From NCBI GenBank assembly GCA_041666505.1, contig JBAYGU010000001.1:477-64476 (forward strand): a DNA stretch of 64,000 nucleotides, read 5' to 3'. Numbering within the stretch: the stretch's first letter is position 1; the number at the start of each line of letters is the position of its first letter. Below, in pieces: positions 28,083 to 37,508 of this stretch. The notes beneath the pieces are model-generated. The model did not search any database. It saw nothing but the letters and a program-made list of their open reading frames with translations, and was not told the DNA's origin. The translations under genes and the position numbers were made by a program. The stretch comes from Candidatus Buchananbacteria bacterium (lineage in GTDB: Bacteria > Patescibacteriota > Patescibacteriia > 2-01-FULL-39-33).

Positions 28083-29372
28083 CTACTTCAACAGATCATC
28101 CAGCTCGCAAGACAGCAAGGCGGATTTATTTAGCAAGATCTGCTCATTGGGATTCAGATTATCCGCAGTCATCCGAATAAGCTTGGTGGTGATGCTGTCG
28201 CCTAACATAATCCTGCCGGTTTTCTTGAAATATTTCTCTGTCATTTGAAAAAAGTGGGTCGCATACTGTTTGAGAACTTCCTGCGGAGCGAGCCGACTAC
28301 TTATACCGTTATTCGTAAATTCTGTAATCTTCATTAAATTATCATCTATCATATTATTCATTTTACCATCTGTCGCAATAATCCAATCTTCATCAATCGC
28401 ATATTTAACAAGAACAATTTTCCCATCATCTGTTTCATACAAAAATTTAAACAAAAAAATATCCTTAAACATATCCTCAAAAATTACCAACTTTTGAAGA
28501 ATTTTAATATCTCTAATTTTATATTCATCCAAAAGACGCAGATAGCTCTCTCGCCAATTCTTTAACCAATTGGCAATGAAAGCCTGATCCAAGAAAAGCG
28601 GGGTCAAATCATGTTTGAGATTGGCATCCGTCTTCGGACTGTTTAAAATTTTTATCGTAACCTTGTCGAATAATTCTTTCGGATTCTTAATATCGATACC
28701 TTTGGCGATGAGATAATCGAAATCAGGCACGATTTTTTTGCCCATATACCACAGCAGGTCATAAATATCGCGCCCTTTTTCTTCATAAATTTCTTTCCCT
28801 GTCCCGCGAGAGCCGCGCAGAAAAATTGCGGCTAATTTGCTTGCCATGAGCGCACCCATATTATATGTCCAGATGACAAATGACAACTGTCCGCGATTTA
28901 TCGGCTGGCGGTCAATTACGGTTTTAGAAGCGGCAAAATGATTCAAATCAATTTTTACGTGGATCTGATCCGAAGGCCAGCCAAGGCTAAGTTCCTTGCC
29001 GACATGGAACTTCAAGATCAATCCTCTGCCGGCAGTTATTTTTAACGTTAAGAAACCGGCTCCGGCTCCATATGTATTTGCAAAATAATCTTCAATCTCC
29101 CTTTTCAATTCGCCCAAAAATTCCTCTGTCACCTCATGAGAAACCTCAAAATCCAAATCAACCGACATACGATCCAGGCCATGGATTATGCGCAGCGCGG
29201 AACCGCCATACATGACCCAATCGCCGTATTCCTGATGATGATAAATAAAATTCAGGACATAAAACTGCAGCTCTTCTTCAAGGGCGTTAAGGCGCGTCTC
29301 GGCATCGATACCGCCATAAGCTGACAGGCTCTCGATTTTCCTTTTCAAAATTGCGATTATCTGTTCGCTCAT
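28083..29372 (-). CDS. AbiEii-family nucleotidyltransferase toxin with C-terminal extension
   Basis: MYGGSALR...DRMSVDLDF, KID, ASKL.A, KGRDIYD. Confidence 0.87.
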   Translation of the reverse strand: MSEQIIAILKRKIESLSAYGGIDAETRLNALEEELQFYVLNFIYHHQEYGDWVMYGGSALRIIHGLDRMSVDLDFEVSHEVTEEFLGELKREIEDYFANTYGAGAGFLTLKITAGRGLILKFHVGKELSLGWPSDQIHVKIDLNHFAASKTVIDRQPINRGQLSFVIWTYNMGALMASKLAAIFLRGSRGTGKEIYEEKGRDIYDLLWYMGKKIVPDFDYLIAKGIDIKNPKELFDKVTIKILNSPKTDANLKHDLTPLFLDQAFIANWLKNWRESYLRLLDEYKIRDIKILQKLVIFEDMFKDIFLFKFLYETDDGKIVLVKYAIDEDWIIATDGKMNNMIDDNLMKITEFTNNGISSRLAPQEVLKQYATHFFQMTEKYFKKTGRIMLGDSITTKLIRMTADNLNPNEQILLNKSALLSCELDDLLK

Positions 29373-30004
29373 ATGAGTATATTTTTAACAAATGAATAAA
29401 ATTTTTCCTGCTCTTCGATATCCATCTCGTCAAAATCAATGCGCAATTCCTCGATCATTGGATCAATATCTTCCAGCTTAATGCCGCGGAACTGGCGAGT
29501 TCTGAAATACAGAAGATCAAATAATGCTTTCGCCGGAGAAGCGATAAAAAAATCAAACCCCCCTGCATCAGATCCAGGCCTTCCCGTTACTAAGTGAAAA
29601 TCAGAAAAGAGCTCTTTTTTAATCGACTGATAGGCGAAATTGCCCGCCTTGGCCTGATAATCCTTAGTTACTTTAATGGTTACTGATGTGATAGAATTGA
29701 TCGATTCGGTCGCTAAGCCATAATACTGCAAGGCTGCCCAAGAACTGATATAAGACGGCACACGGATAATATTAGCAAGATAAAATGAATATGAACCGTC
29801 ATGCTTATACTTATCATAAAAAGCAGAGGTTACATATAAACCGTTTTTTAGCTGAAAAATCTCATTATATTTCAAAAATCGGCTGATATATGTGTCAACC
29901 GTGGAATCCTTAAGCCCCAACTGCTTACCGAGCTGATATACGGCGTTTTTATTGAAGTGGGGTAATGTTTTTAACTGCTCAAGCAGGTTTTTCTTGCTTT
30001 TCAT
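29369..30004 (-). CDS. AbiEi-like antitoxin
   Basis: LKNGLY, PSYISSWAALQYYG, ASPAKALFD; ATGA overlap with the toxin gene. Confidence 0.83.
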   Translation of the reverse strand: MKSKKNLLEQLKTLPHFNKNAVYQLGKQLGLKDSTVDTYISRFLKYNEIFQLKNGLYVTSAFYDKYKHDGSYSFYLANIIRVPSYISSWAALQYYGLATESINSITSVTIKVTKDYQAKAGNFAYQSIKKELFSDFHLVTGRPGSDAGGFDFFIASPAKALFDLLYFRTRQFRGIKLEDIDPMIEELRIDFDEMDIEEQEKFYSFVKNILI

Positions 30005-30050
30005 ATATATGACATAAGTGTATCATATATGAAACATAATGTCAATACAA

Positions 30051-30100
30051 TAAATATTAGCTGAATTTAGACAAAAAAACCGCCGAATCGCTTCGGCGGC
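30051..30100. repeat. 50-bp direct repeat, right (includes terminator after coaC)
   Basis: Matches 25109-25158. Confidence 0.85.
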
Positions 30101-30119
30101 AGATAACTGCTAACAACCT

Positions 30120-30704
30120 CTAATCTTCCATTCTCCAATCAGAATGGCCCTCGAAAAGTTTCTGAACGTCATCGATTGCATTAACGATATCGCCGATATT
30201 AGCCATGGCACCCATGCCGATATCGCCGCAAGCCAGCATTTTTTCAACCGGAGGCACAATGACCAAATGCGGATATCGACGCCTCAATCGCTCTAAATGC
30301 TCTTTTGTGAGCCGGTTTTTCCACATGTCAGTGTTCATCGCCGGAGCGATGACAATCGGACGAAACCGAGTCCACGCATAAAAAATGCAGGTTAAGTAAT
30401 TATCGGCAATGCCCAGAGCGAGCTTAGTTAAAGTATTTGCCGTCAGCGGTGCGATGACAAACACTTCGCCCCAATGCTCCATATCGATGTGGCCGACTGG
30501 CCCATTCTTAATAAATCCGCCTGCTGGCCATTCGTCTTTATCTTTGTATATGCCAGCATGCGGCTCGGGAATGAAATACAACGCCGGCGTAGTGGCAACT
30601 ACTCTGACTTCATGGCCGGCGGCCACCATTGCGGCGGCCATTTTGTGAGTCAATGTTGCAGCAGCCACGCTGCCCGTAACTCCAAGAATTATTCGCTTTC
30701 CCAT
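30120..30704 (-). CDS. coaC: Phosphopantothenoylcysteine decarboxylase (HFCD flavoprotein)
   Basis: GVTGSVAA, HI, APLTANTL, APAMNTDMW, LACGDIGMG. Confidence 0.82.
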   Translation of the reverse strand: MGKRIILGVTGSVAAATLTHKMAAAMVAAGHEVRVVATTPALYFIPEPHAGIYKDKDEWPAGGFIKNGPVGHIDMEHWGEVFVIAPLTANTLTKLALGIADNYLTCIFYAWTRFRPIVIAPAMNTDMWKNRLTKEHLERLRRRYPHLVIVPPVEKMLACGDIGMGAMANIGDIVNAIDDVQKLFEGHSDWRMED

Positions 30705-31369
30705 TGCATTGTCTCCCTGATTTTTTCTTCGATTCCCTGGGGCAATCCCCCGCGATCAACTCGAAGTGTTTCTTCTTTAGTCACGATAAACGCATATTCC
30801 TTTGATGTCTCCAAGCAATTGGCGACGATCATGTCGGCATCACTATCGAGCATGCTTTTCTTGGCAATTTCCAAAAGCCGGTCATCGGAAATTCCGACTT
30901 GCAGCTTGAATTTAACCAAGCATTCTTCGTAGCCCCAAGGCTCACGAATTAAATCGACGATCTTCGGCGTCTTGATTAAGCGCAGATATAACACTTCGAA
31001 ATCAGAGGAAATTTTGCCGCTGTTATCCAATTCGATAAGAGCACCGGATTCATTCTGGAAGCAGACTCCGTCGACCTTATAGTCGCTGACAGCCGACGAA
31101 TGAATTACGATATCAAATCGATTGTTGCAAATCTCCTGTTCCATCAATTGGAGCAATTCATCAAAAGTCTGATATCTAATAATGCGATTCAGATTATTAA
31201 CATCAGGAATCAAACCGGGATTGGAAGTCAACAGTGTAACCTCATATCCATTATCGGCAAAATACATCGCGATATTTGTTCCCGTCCGGCCTTTGAAAAT
31301 ATTCGTGATCGCCCGGACCTGATCGATGGGCGTCAAAGTCGCTCCCGCTGTAACAAGTACTTTCTTCAT
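30689..31369 (-). CDS. coaB: Phosphopantothenate--cysteine ligase (stand-alone)
   Basis: LVTAGAT..PID.VR.ITN...G..G, HSSAVSDY, TPKI, KFKL, VAN. Confidence 0.82.
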   Translation of the reverse strand: MKKVLVTAGATLTPIDQVRAITNIFKGRTGTNIAMYFADNGYEVTLLTSNPGLIPDVNNLNRIIRYQTFDELLQLMEQEICNNRFDIVIHSSAVSDYKVDGVCFQNESGALIELDNSGKISSDFEVLYLRLIKTPKIVDLIREPWGYEECLVKFKLQVGISDDRLLEIAKKSMLDSDADMIVANCLETSKEYAFIVTKEETLRVDRGGLPQGIEEKIRETMQWESE

Positions 31370-31393
31370 CTTGCTATCCTCCTGAACTTAGTC

Positions 31394-32263
31394 TCACCAA
31401 GAAATCTTCAAAAGCCTCTGAGCATTGCCGCCCAATATTTTATTCTCATCATCCGGCGAAAGATTCAACGACGCGACGATTTCCAAAGTGTCGCGATAAG
31501 ACTGGATTGGAAAATCCGTCGCGAACATGATACGATCGATGCCGTTGGGCAGTTCGATGAATTGCTTGATCTGACTAGTAATGAATTTCCGATACTCCGG
31601 CGTGTCTTCGGAACTGCCCGAGACGAACTGCCCGGAAATATCAGTCATGACATTAGGGCAATCGATCATCACCTGGCGCAAAATATCGAAATACGGGTTG
31701 GCCAGATGGCAAGCAATGAAGTTGACTTCCGGATAACGAAGAGCCAGAAGCCGCAGACGTTCCGGATTTGCCAAGTGCGCCCTTTCATCCAAGGGGCAAA
31801 GAGGGCGGCCGCATCGGCCTTGGCCGATTACTCTAACATCCTTGGGACAGCAATGATACAATTCGCCCAAATGCATCGCAATCGGCAGATCATATTCCTG
31901 AGCCAGCCGGCAAATTCGCCCGACTGCCCGACAATCCAATTCGAATTTCTGATAACCCGGGTACAGCTTGAAGCCGCTTAAACTCCCAGCATCGGCCATA
32001 ACTTCTAATTCAAAAGTCGATGGTTTATCGGCGCTCAAATCCAGACTGCCGAACATACGAAACAGGCTGTCGCCCATTATCCGCTCGTGCAAATCGAGAT
32101 TAGAAAGCCCTGTGCCCTTGAGCGGAAAATACGTCGCCATCAAGACGATTACCTTGATATAGTACATCTTGGCGTATTCGCGCAGATCATCCAGATCGGC
32201 ATCTGCCGTGTGCAAACCCTTCATTTGATGCCTAGAAGTATGCGCGTGCATATCGATTATCAT
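31394..32263 (-). CDS. Amidohydrolase-2 family metallohydrolase
   Basis: IDMHAH, GFKLYP, MHLG, ACHLA, FATDFP; Cys-rich insertion. Confidence 0.85.
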   Translation of the reverse strand: MIIDMHAHTSRHQMKGLHTADADLDDLREYAKMYYIKVIVLMATYFPLKGTGLSNLDLHERIMGDSLFRMFGSLDLSADKPSTFELEVMADAGSLSGFKLYPGYQKFELDCRAVGRICRLAQEYDLPIAMHLGELYHCCPKDVRVIGQGRCGRPLCPLDERAHLANPERLRLLALRYPEVNFIACHLANPYFDILRQVMIDCPNVMTDISGQFVSGSSEDTPEYRKFITSQIKQFIELPNGIDRIMFATDFPIQSYRDTLEIVASLNLSPDDENKILGGNAQRLLKISW

Positions 32264-32364
32264 GGCTTTTCTCCTTCCTTTATCAGTTGTTATTCAAATG
32301 TAAAGTGCAATAGCGCATCTTAAACTATTATCGGAGTTTTGTCAATCAAAAAAACCGGTCAATT

Positions 32365-32472
32365 GGGGCTGTCCCAAAACTCCGTTTTTGGTGATTTTGC
32401 AAAAAATTTTTAGCTAATTTTAGCTTCTGTTTTTTGAAAAATTCCTGAAAAATCGAGTAATGGGACAACCCC
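32365..32472. mobile_element. 108-bp MITE, copy 1 (IS1182-like ends)
   Basis: TIR GGGGCTGTCCCA/TGGGACAACCCC; 4-bp AATT duplication; identical inverted copy at 61235. Confidence 0.9.
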
Positions 32473-32474
32473 AA

Positions 32475-32795
32475 TTAGCCGATTTTTCTCGCTTTCTTCT
32501 CCGCAATCTCTTTTTCCAGCTTCACCGCCATATCAAAATCATCTTCCTTGCGTATCTTGTCATTCCTTACAAAACCGCAGGTTTCGCAGCGATGGCTGAT
32601 GATCCACTCGTGGCGGCGGTAATACAAATCAACCGGCCGCATCATGCCGCCGCAGACAGCGGAGCGATCGCCCGGATCAACGTCGACATGCTTGGACCAA
32701 AGGCATTTGGGGCAATGATTGGTAAAACCGGTGCCTTTGACCTTGTAGCCGCACTTAGCGCAAGTGAAATCTTCGATATTTTTGATAAAAGCCAT
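32475..32795 (-). CDS. RNHCP domain protein
   Basis: F.C..CG, TNHCPKCLWSKHVD..PGDR...CGG.M, HRC..CG. Confidence 0.88.
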   Translation of the reverse strand: MAFIKNIEDFTCAKCGYKVKGTGFTNHCPKCLWSKHVDVDPGDRSAVCGGMMRPVDLYYRRHEWIISHRCETCGFVRNDKIRKEDDFDMAVKLEKEIAEKKARKIG

Positions 32796-32804
32796 ATTAT
32801 TATT

Positions 32805-32842
32805 AAACCCCCTCTAACTCCCCCTTTCGTAAAGGTGGAGAA
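32805..32842 (+). repeat. ~38-bp palindromic element, intergenic
   Basis: AAACCCCCTCTAACTCCCCCTTTCGTAAAGGTGGAGAA. Confidence 0.9.
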
Positions 32843-32850
32843 TAATTGTC

Positions 32851-32880
32851 TTGACAGTATAGCATATCTTTTGATATAAT
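32851..32880 (+). promoter_or_regulatory. Sigma70-type promoter of rpsA
   Basis: TTGACA-N18-TATAAT with TG extension. Confidence 0.75.
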
Positions 32881-33012
32881 TTCAATACTAATTAAAAGAA
32901 ACCCGTAAAGACTCGAAAAAACGGGGCTCTGGAATGATTTAGGCCAGATAATAGCTATAAGTCAGGCTATCATCGCGTCCATTCAGGGTTAAAATATGGC
33001 TACAATACGAAT

Positions 33013-34308
33013 ATGATTTTTGGCAACAAAGATTCAATCATGGCAAAACTGCTCGACGAGAAGCAGTATTTTAATTTGCCCAAATTAGGCGACCTCGTCA
33101 AAGGCAAGGTAATTTCCATCGACAACAACGAGATCCACATCGACCTGAGCGGCATCGCTACGGGCGTGGTCCGCGGCAGAGAACGCTACGATGAAGGCGA
33201 CCAATACAAAAACTTGAAAACCGGCGACATAGTAGAAGCAACTGTCTTGGAATTAGAAAACGAAAATGGCGAAGTCGAATTATCATTCCAATATGCCGGC
33301 AAGCAGAAATCCTGGCAGACATTGATCGACTTAATGAAAGCCGGCTCGATCGTGCAAGCGGTTATCACCGAAGCCAATAAGGGCGGCTTGATGGTTAAAC
33401 TCGAAAGCGTTCCCGGCTTCTTGCCGGTATCGCAATTATCTCCGGAACATTATCCTCGCGTACCGGGCGGCGACAAGAATCGCATCTTTGAGATCTTAAA
33501 AACTTACATCGGCAAGAAATTCGACGTCAAAGTATTCGACGTCAATGAAGGCGAAGATAAATTAATCGTCTCGGAAAAAGCAGCTTGGGAAGAGACCCAG
33601 AAAGATGTCATCGGCAAATACAAAATCGGCATGTCCGTTGAGGGCTCAGTTACAGCAGTAACTGACTTCGGCGTCTTCGTCGAATTCGCCGACAAGCTCG
33701 AAGGCTTGATTCATATCTCGGAAATCGCCTGGCAGCGCATCGACAATCCGCATGACTTCGTAAAAGTCGGCGAAAAGATTAAAGCAGAAATCATCGGCAT
33801 CGAGAACTCCAAGATTTTCCTATCAATGAAAAAACTGGAGCATGATCCTTGGGTCGGCATCGAGAAGAAATTCAAGATCGGCGACAAGATTACCGGCGAG
33901 ATCATCAAAGTCAATCCGTTCGGCTTATTCGTCGAATTGGAAAAGAACATCCAGGGCTTGGCGCACGTCTCTCAATTATCAGACAAGGGCCAAGTCAATC
34001 CGGTCGATATCGCCAAGGTCGGCGAGAAAAAGGAATTCTATGTCGTATCTCTCGAACCGAAGAACCATCGCTTGGGACTGAGCTTAACCAAGCCGAAGAC
34101 TAAGGGCGAGCCGAAAACCGAAGCTGCTGAAAAAGCAGAAACTCCAGCTGAAGAAGCGAAGGAAGAAAATAAAGAAGAGAAGAAAAAACCGGCGAAGGAA
34201 AAGAAACCGAAGAAAGAAAAGAAGAGCGAAGAGCCGAAAGAAGAAATCACTTCGGAAAAAATCGCCGAGGAAATTGACGAAACCAAGGATATTCCTCTCT
34301 CAGAATAA
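33013..34308 (+). CDS. rpsA: 30S ribosomal protein S1 (four S1 domains, charged tail)
   Basis: ANKGGL, GFLPVSQL, DFGVFVE..EGLIHISE, PFGLFVE..GLAHVSQL. Confidence 0.9.
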   Translation: MIFGNKDSIMAKLLDEKQYFNLPKLGDLVKGKVISIDNNEIHIDLSGIATGVVRGRERYDEGDQYKNLKTGDIVEATVLELENENGEVELSFQYAGKQKSWQTLIDLMKAGSIVQAVITEANKGGLMVKLESVPGFLPVSQLSPEHYPRVPGGDKNRIFEILKTYIGKKFDVKVFDVNEGEDKLIVSEKAAWEETQKDVIGKYKIGMSVEGSVTAVTDFGVFVEFADKLEGLIHISEIAWQRIDNPHDFVKVGEKIKAEIIGIENSKIFLSMKKLEHDPWVGIEKKFKIGDKITGEIIKVNPFGLFVELEKNIQGLAHVSQLSDKGQVNPVDIAKVGEKKEFYVVSLEPKNHRLGLSLTKPKTKGEPKTEAAEKAETPAEEAKEENKEEKKKPAKEKKPKKEKKSEEPKEEITSEKIAEEIDETKDIPLSE

Positions 34309-34474
34309 TCCATCATATATATATACATAAAAAAAATCCCTCCGAATTCTATTATCCGCCGAAAGGCGGAGACCGAACGGGGGGATTTTTTATTGGTTGA
34401 TTTTTTCCGCCAATGTGCTAAGGTGTAATCGCGCACATTAAATTCTATAAGATCATAAAACCTCAAAAAGGAGA

Positions 34475-35482
34475 ATGATAATGAAACTGATAGTCGATCT
34501 GATGGGCGGCGATAATGCGCCGACTGTCGTAATCAAAGGCATAGAGCTGGCTTTAAAGCTGGGATTCGTCCAGCCCGATGAAATTACTATGGTAGGCACG
34601 GATGAAGCACTCGATTCGGCAAGACGGATAAAAAGCTTGAGGCAGTTAGAATATATAATCTGCAAAGACGCAATCGGCATGGGCGAAAAGGTCCCAGTAA
34701 CTACGGTAAAAAGAAAAAAGGATTCCTCAATTGTCGTAGGATTGCATAGACTTCGCGATAATAATTCTGATGGCTTAGTTTCTGCCGGCAACTCAGCGGC
34801 TCTCACCTTCTTAGCGACATTCATGCTGGGGCGAGTTGCGCACGGATTGTTTCCGGCTATTGCCGTTCCGATGCCGAATATTTTCGGACAATGCTTATTG
34901 CTGGATATCGGCGCCAATGCGCACGCTACAGCAAAAAATCTTTTGCAGAATGCTCAAATGGGCGCTATTTATGCCAAGAATTGCATGGGCAAAGAAAATC
35001 CGAAGATTGGCCTAATCAATATTGGCGAAGAGGTAGATAAGGGCAATAAAACTGTCCATGACGCCTATGATTTATTAGTTAAAAGTGGCTTGAATTTTAT
35101 CGGCTTCATCGAAGGCCGGGATATCTTTATGGGTAAAGTCGATGTAGCAATAACAGACGGCTTTACCGGTAATACGATTTTAAAATCTAATGAAGGCCTG
35201 GTTAAACTGCTAGATGGGGCGATTCGCGCAGAATTCAAAAAACATTATTTATCCTACTTCTCTTTCCTAGCATATCCGTTTATTCTACCGATGAAAAAAG
35301 CTTTGAAAAAACGCTTTTTCGATGAGGAAACGGGCGGGGCTATATTATTGGGCGTCAATAAACCGGTAATTTTCGCTCATGGCAATTCACAACCTCTGGC
35401 AATTGCCAATGCTATTAGACAAGCAAAAATCGAAGTTGAGGCCGGAATTGTTAATGAGATAAAGCGGGGAATTAATAATTAA
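34475..35482 (+). CDS. plsX: Phosphate acyltransferase PlsX
   Basis: VDLMGGDNAP, SAGNS, LDIGAN, LINIGEE..KG, DGFTGN..LK, GGAILLGV..HG. Confidence 0.92.
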   Translation: MIMKLIVDLMGGDNAPTVVIKGIELALKLGFVQPDEITMVGTDEALDSARRIKSLRQLEYIICKDAIGMGEKVPVTTVKRKKDSSIVVGLHRLRDNNSDGLVSAGNSAALTFLATFMLGRVAHGLFPAIAVPMPNIFGQCLLLDIGANAHATAKNLLQNAQMGAIYAKNCMGKENPKIGLINIGEEVDKGNKTVHDAYDLLVKSGLNFIGFIEGRDIFMGKVDVAITDGFTGNTILKSNEGLVKLLDGAIRAEFKKHYLSYFSFLAYPFILPMKKALKKRFFDEETGGAILLGVNKPVIFAHGNSQPLAIANAIRQAKIEVEAGIVNEIKRGINN

Positions 35483-35490
35483 AGCACCTT

Positions 35491-35520
35491 AAAGTTGAGA
35501 GATCGCCTCTCAACTTTTTT
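35491..35520 (+). terminator. Intrinsic terminator after plsX
   Basis: aaagttgaga...tctcaactttttt. Confidence 0.8.
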
Positions 35521-35651
35521 AATTATTCTCACATGCTTGCATAATATCAGATTTTAGTATAGGGTAAGGTCAGTAATAAATAAGAGAGCCCCTTACAATT
35601 GCAATTATTTTAAGCTGCCCTTTAATCCCAACCCCAGAAAAGGAGTGCCTA

Positions 35652-37178
35652 ATGGATGTCTCGCTTAAATTCCTCGGCGGACTGGCAACAACGGAAAATC
35701 TTACCGGTTCCTGCACGGCAATCGAAGTCAAACGTGGCAAGCAAACAACGGTATTTTTGATCGATGCCGGACTAGTTCAGGGCGATAACAAAAACTTCCT
35801 TAGAAACAACAGAAGGATTCTTGAATACGTTGAACCGAAAAGAATCGACTTCGTCATCCTGACGCACAGTCATATTGATCATATCGGCCTATTGCCGCTA
35901 TTAGTCAGCCGAGGCTTCCGAGGCAGAATCGTCTGCACCGAGCAAACGGCCGACCTAATGCCGATCATGCTTGAAGATTCCTACAAAGTTCAAAAAGGCT
36001 TGGCTTGCAGGAACGAGCGACGGAACAAAGCACGCGCTAATGCCGGATCTTTTAAGAAACGTAGTAAGCAAAAAGAGAAAGTAGGAAAAAGTCGAAATTC
36101 GCAGCCGCATCAAAGAGAGCAACTCTTCCAATTTGAAGACGTGCAGAAGACACTTAAACTGATCTATTCGGCCAGCTACGGCAAACAAATAAAACTGGCT
36201 AAAGGTATAACCCTGCAATTCCATCCTTCAGGACATATTTTAGGCGGAGCAATTTGCACCATCGAAACTATCGACCCCCGCAATAAGAACCGTTCTCGAT
36301 TGGCTTTTAGCGGCGATTTGGGCAGACAAGAAGGATTACTCCTTCTACCTCCCGAAAAACTAAATATCCCTGTTGACTATTGGTTTACAGAGTCAACCTA
36401 CGGCGGCAAACAGCACCCTTCAAGAACAGAAGAAATATCCAAGCTATTTGGGCTAATTGCTGAAGCCGAAAAAGAGGGCAAAAGAATCATTATTCCTTCC
36501 TTCGCTTTGCAGCGAACACAAGAACTGATTTATCTGCTTTCAGCAGCTATGGAGCGGAATGAAATACCAAGAATACCTATCAATCTAGATTCACCGATGG
36601 CGATTGCTATCACGGAAGTTTTCGCTAAATATTGGGATTTAGGCGCCTTCAGTAATAAATTCTTACTTGGATTCAATCCATTCAGCGAAAATACCAATCC
36701 GAACCTCAAATTCCACAGGAGCCCCGAAGAATCAGCCGAGCTAATGCGCCAACCAGCCCCGCGAATCATCATTGCCAGCTCTGGTATGTGCGACGCTGGA
36801 AGAATTCGTGACCATCTTCGCGCTAATCTAGGAAGCGAAATGGCAATCATCTGTCTTGTAGGCTATATGGCTCCGACCAGTCTCGGCGCAAAACTGAAGA
36901 AAAAGCCGCTATTCGTACAAATGAATGAAGATAACATTAAAATCCAATCAAAAATTGAACATTTCGAAAGCTTTTCTGCCCACGCAGACAGCGTCGAGCT
37001 AGTCAATTATGCCCAATCAGTATTTAGCGGCAATAAAAGATCCCTGAATATCATTATTCTGCACGGAGAAACCGATAACGGCAAGTCTTTAAAAGACAAA
37101 CTGGAAGAACGGTTTAGAGGTCGCGATGTTGCGATCTTACTGCCGAAACTTGGCGATTCTATGACTTTGCCTCTCTAA
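35652..37178 (+). CDS. MBL-fold beta-CASP nuclease (RNA-processing type)
   Basis: THSHIDHIG, GHILG, SGDLG, ESTYG, PSFALQR, SSGM, FSAHAD, HGE. Confidence 0.9.
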   Translation: MDVSLKFLGGLATTENLTGSCTAIEVKRGKQTTVFLIDAGLVQGDNKNFLRNNRRILEYVEPKRIDFVILTHSHIDHIGLLPLLVSRGFRGRIVCTEQTADLMPIMLEDSYKVQKGLACRNERRNKARANAGSFKKRSKQKEKVGKSRNSQPHQREQLFQFEDVQKTLKLIYSASYGKQIKLAKGITLQFHPSGHILGGAICTIETIDPRNKNRSRLAFSGDLGRQEGLLLLPPEKLNIPVDYWFTESTYGGKQHPSRTEEISKLFGLIAEAEKEGKRIIIPSFALQRTQELIYLLSAAMERNEIPRIPINLDSPMAIAITEVFAKYWDLGAFSNKFLLGFNPFSENTNPNLKFHRSPEESAELMRQPAPRIIIASSGMCDAGRIRDHLRANLGSEMAIICLVGYMAPTSLGAKLKKKPLFVQMNEDNIKIQSKIEHFESFSAHADSVELVNYAQSVFSGNKRSLNIIILHGETDNGKSLKDKLEERFRGRDVAILLPKLGDSMTLPL

Positions 37179-37186
37179 GAAAAAAC

Positions 37187-37220
37187 AAATCCCAGCCATG
37201 AAGAATGGCTGGGATATTTT
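37187..37220. terminator. Bidirectional terminator
   Basis: atcccagccat-gaaga-atggctgggat stem between convergent genes. Confidence 0.8.
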
Positions 37221-37238
37221 AATTCATATTTTGTTTTT

Positions 37239-37508
37239 TTATTCCTTCTTGTCCCAGAAAGCCTCTGCTTCCTCTTCCATTTTCTCTAAGCGAGTGTAAT
37301 AATCGGCGAATTCATTCAAATGGGCCAGAGCGATTTTGCCAGTGGTAAAAGCGCCGTCATTAGTGACATTAGTCTGCGGATCCCTGGTGCCATGTTCTAA
37401 TTCCACATCCATGCCCATACGGAATTGCTCCACATCGAATTTCGTCCAATCGATTCCCAATCTCTCTCCTGTTTCCTTCGCCTCCTCGGCGGAAAATATT
37501 GTCTTCAT
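37239..37508 (-). CDS. Conserved hypothetical protein (DUF5661-like)
   Basis: GMDVELEHG...TGKIALAHLNEF.DYYTRL. Confidence 0.7.
   Translation of the reverse strand: MKTIFSAEEAKETGERLGIDWTKFDVEQFRMGMDVELEHGTRDPQTNVTNDGAFTTGKIALAHLNEFADYYTRLEKMEEEAEAFWDKKE

Larger units (their letters stand above)
25109..30100. mobile_element. ~5-kb island of two AbiE-type TA cassettes bounded by direct repeats
   Basis: Flanking 50-bp direct repeats, internal partial copy at 26556; TA cargo; no integrase in the window. Confidence 0.6.

Noticed and set aside
31100-31981. 293-aa plus-strand ORF
   Set aside because: Antisense to well-supported amidohydrolase and coaB genes; no motifs
32460-32879. 139-aa ORF containing KPPLTPPFVK
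   Set aside because: Antisense to RNHCP; starts in the MITE and merely reads through the repeat
32890-33012. Possible structured rpsA leader or riboswitch
   Set aside because: Only short hairpins visible; no recognisable family without covariance analysis
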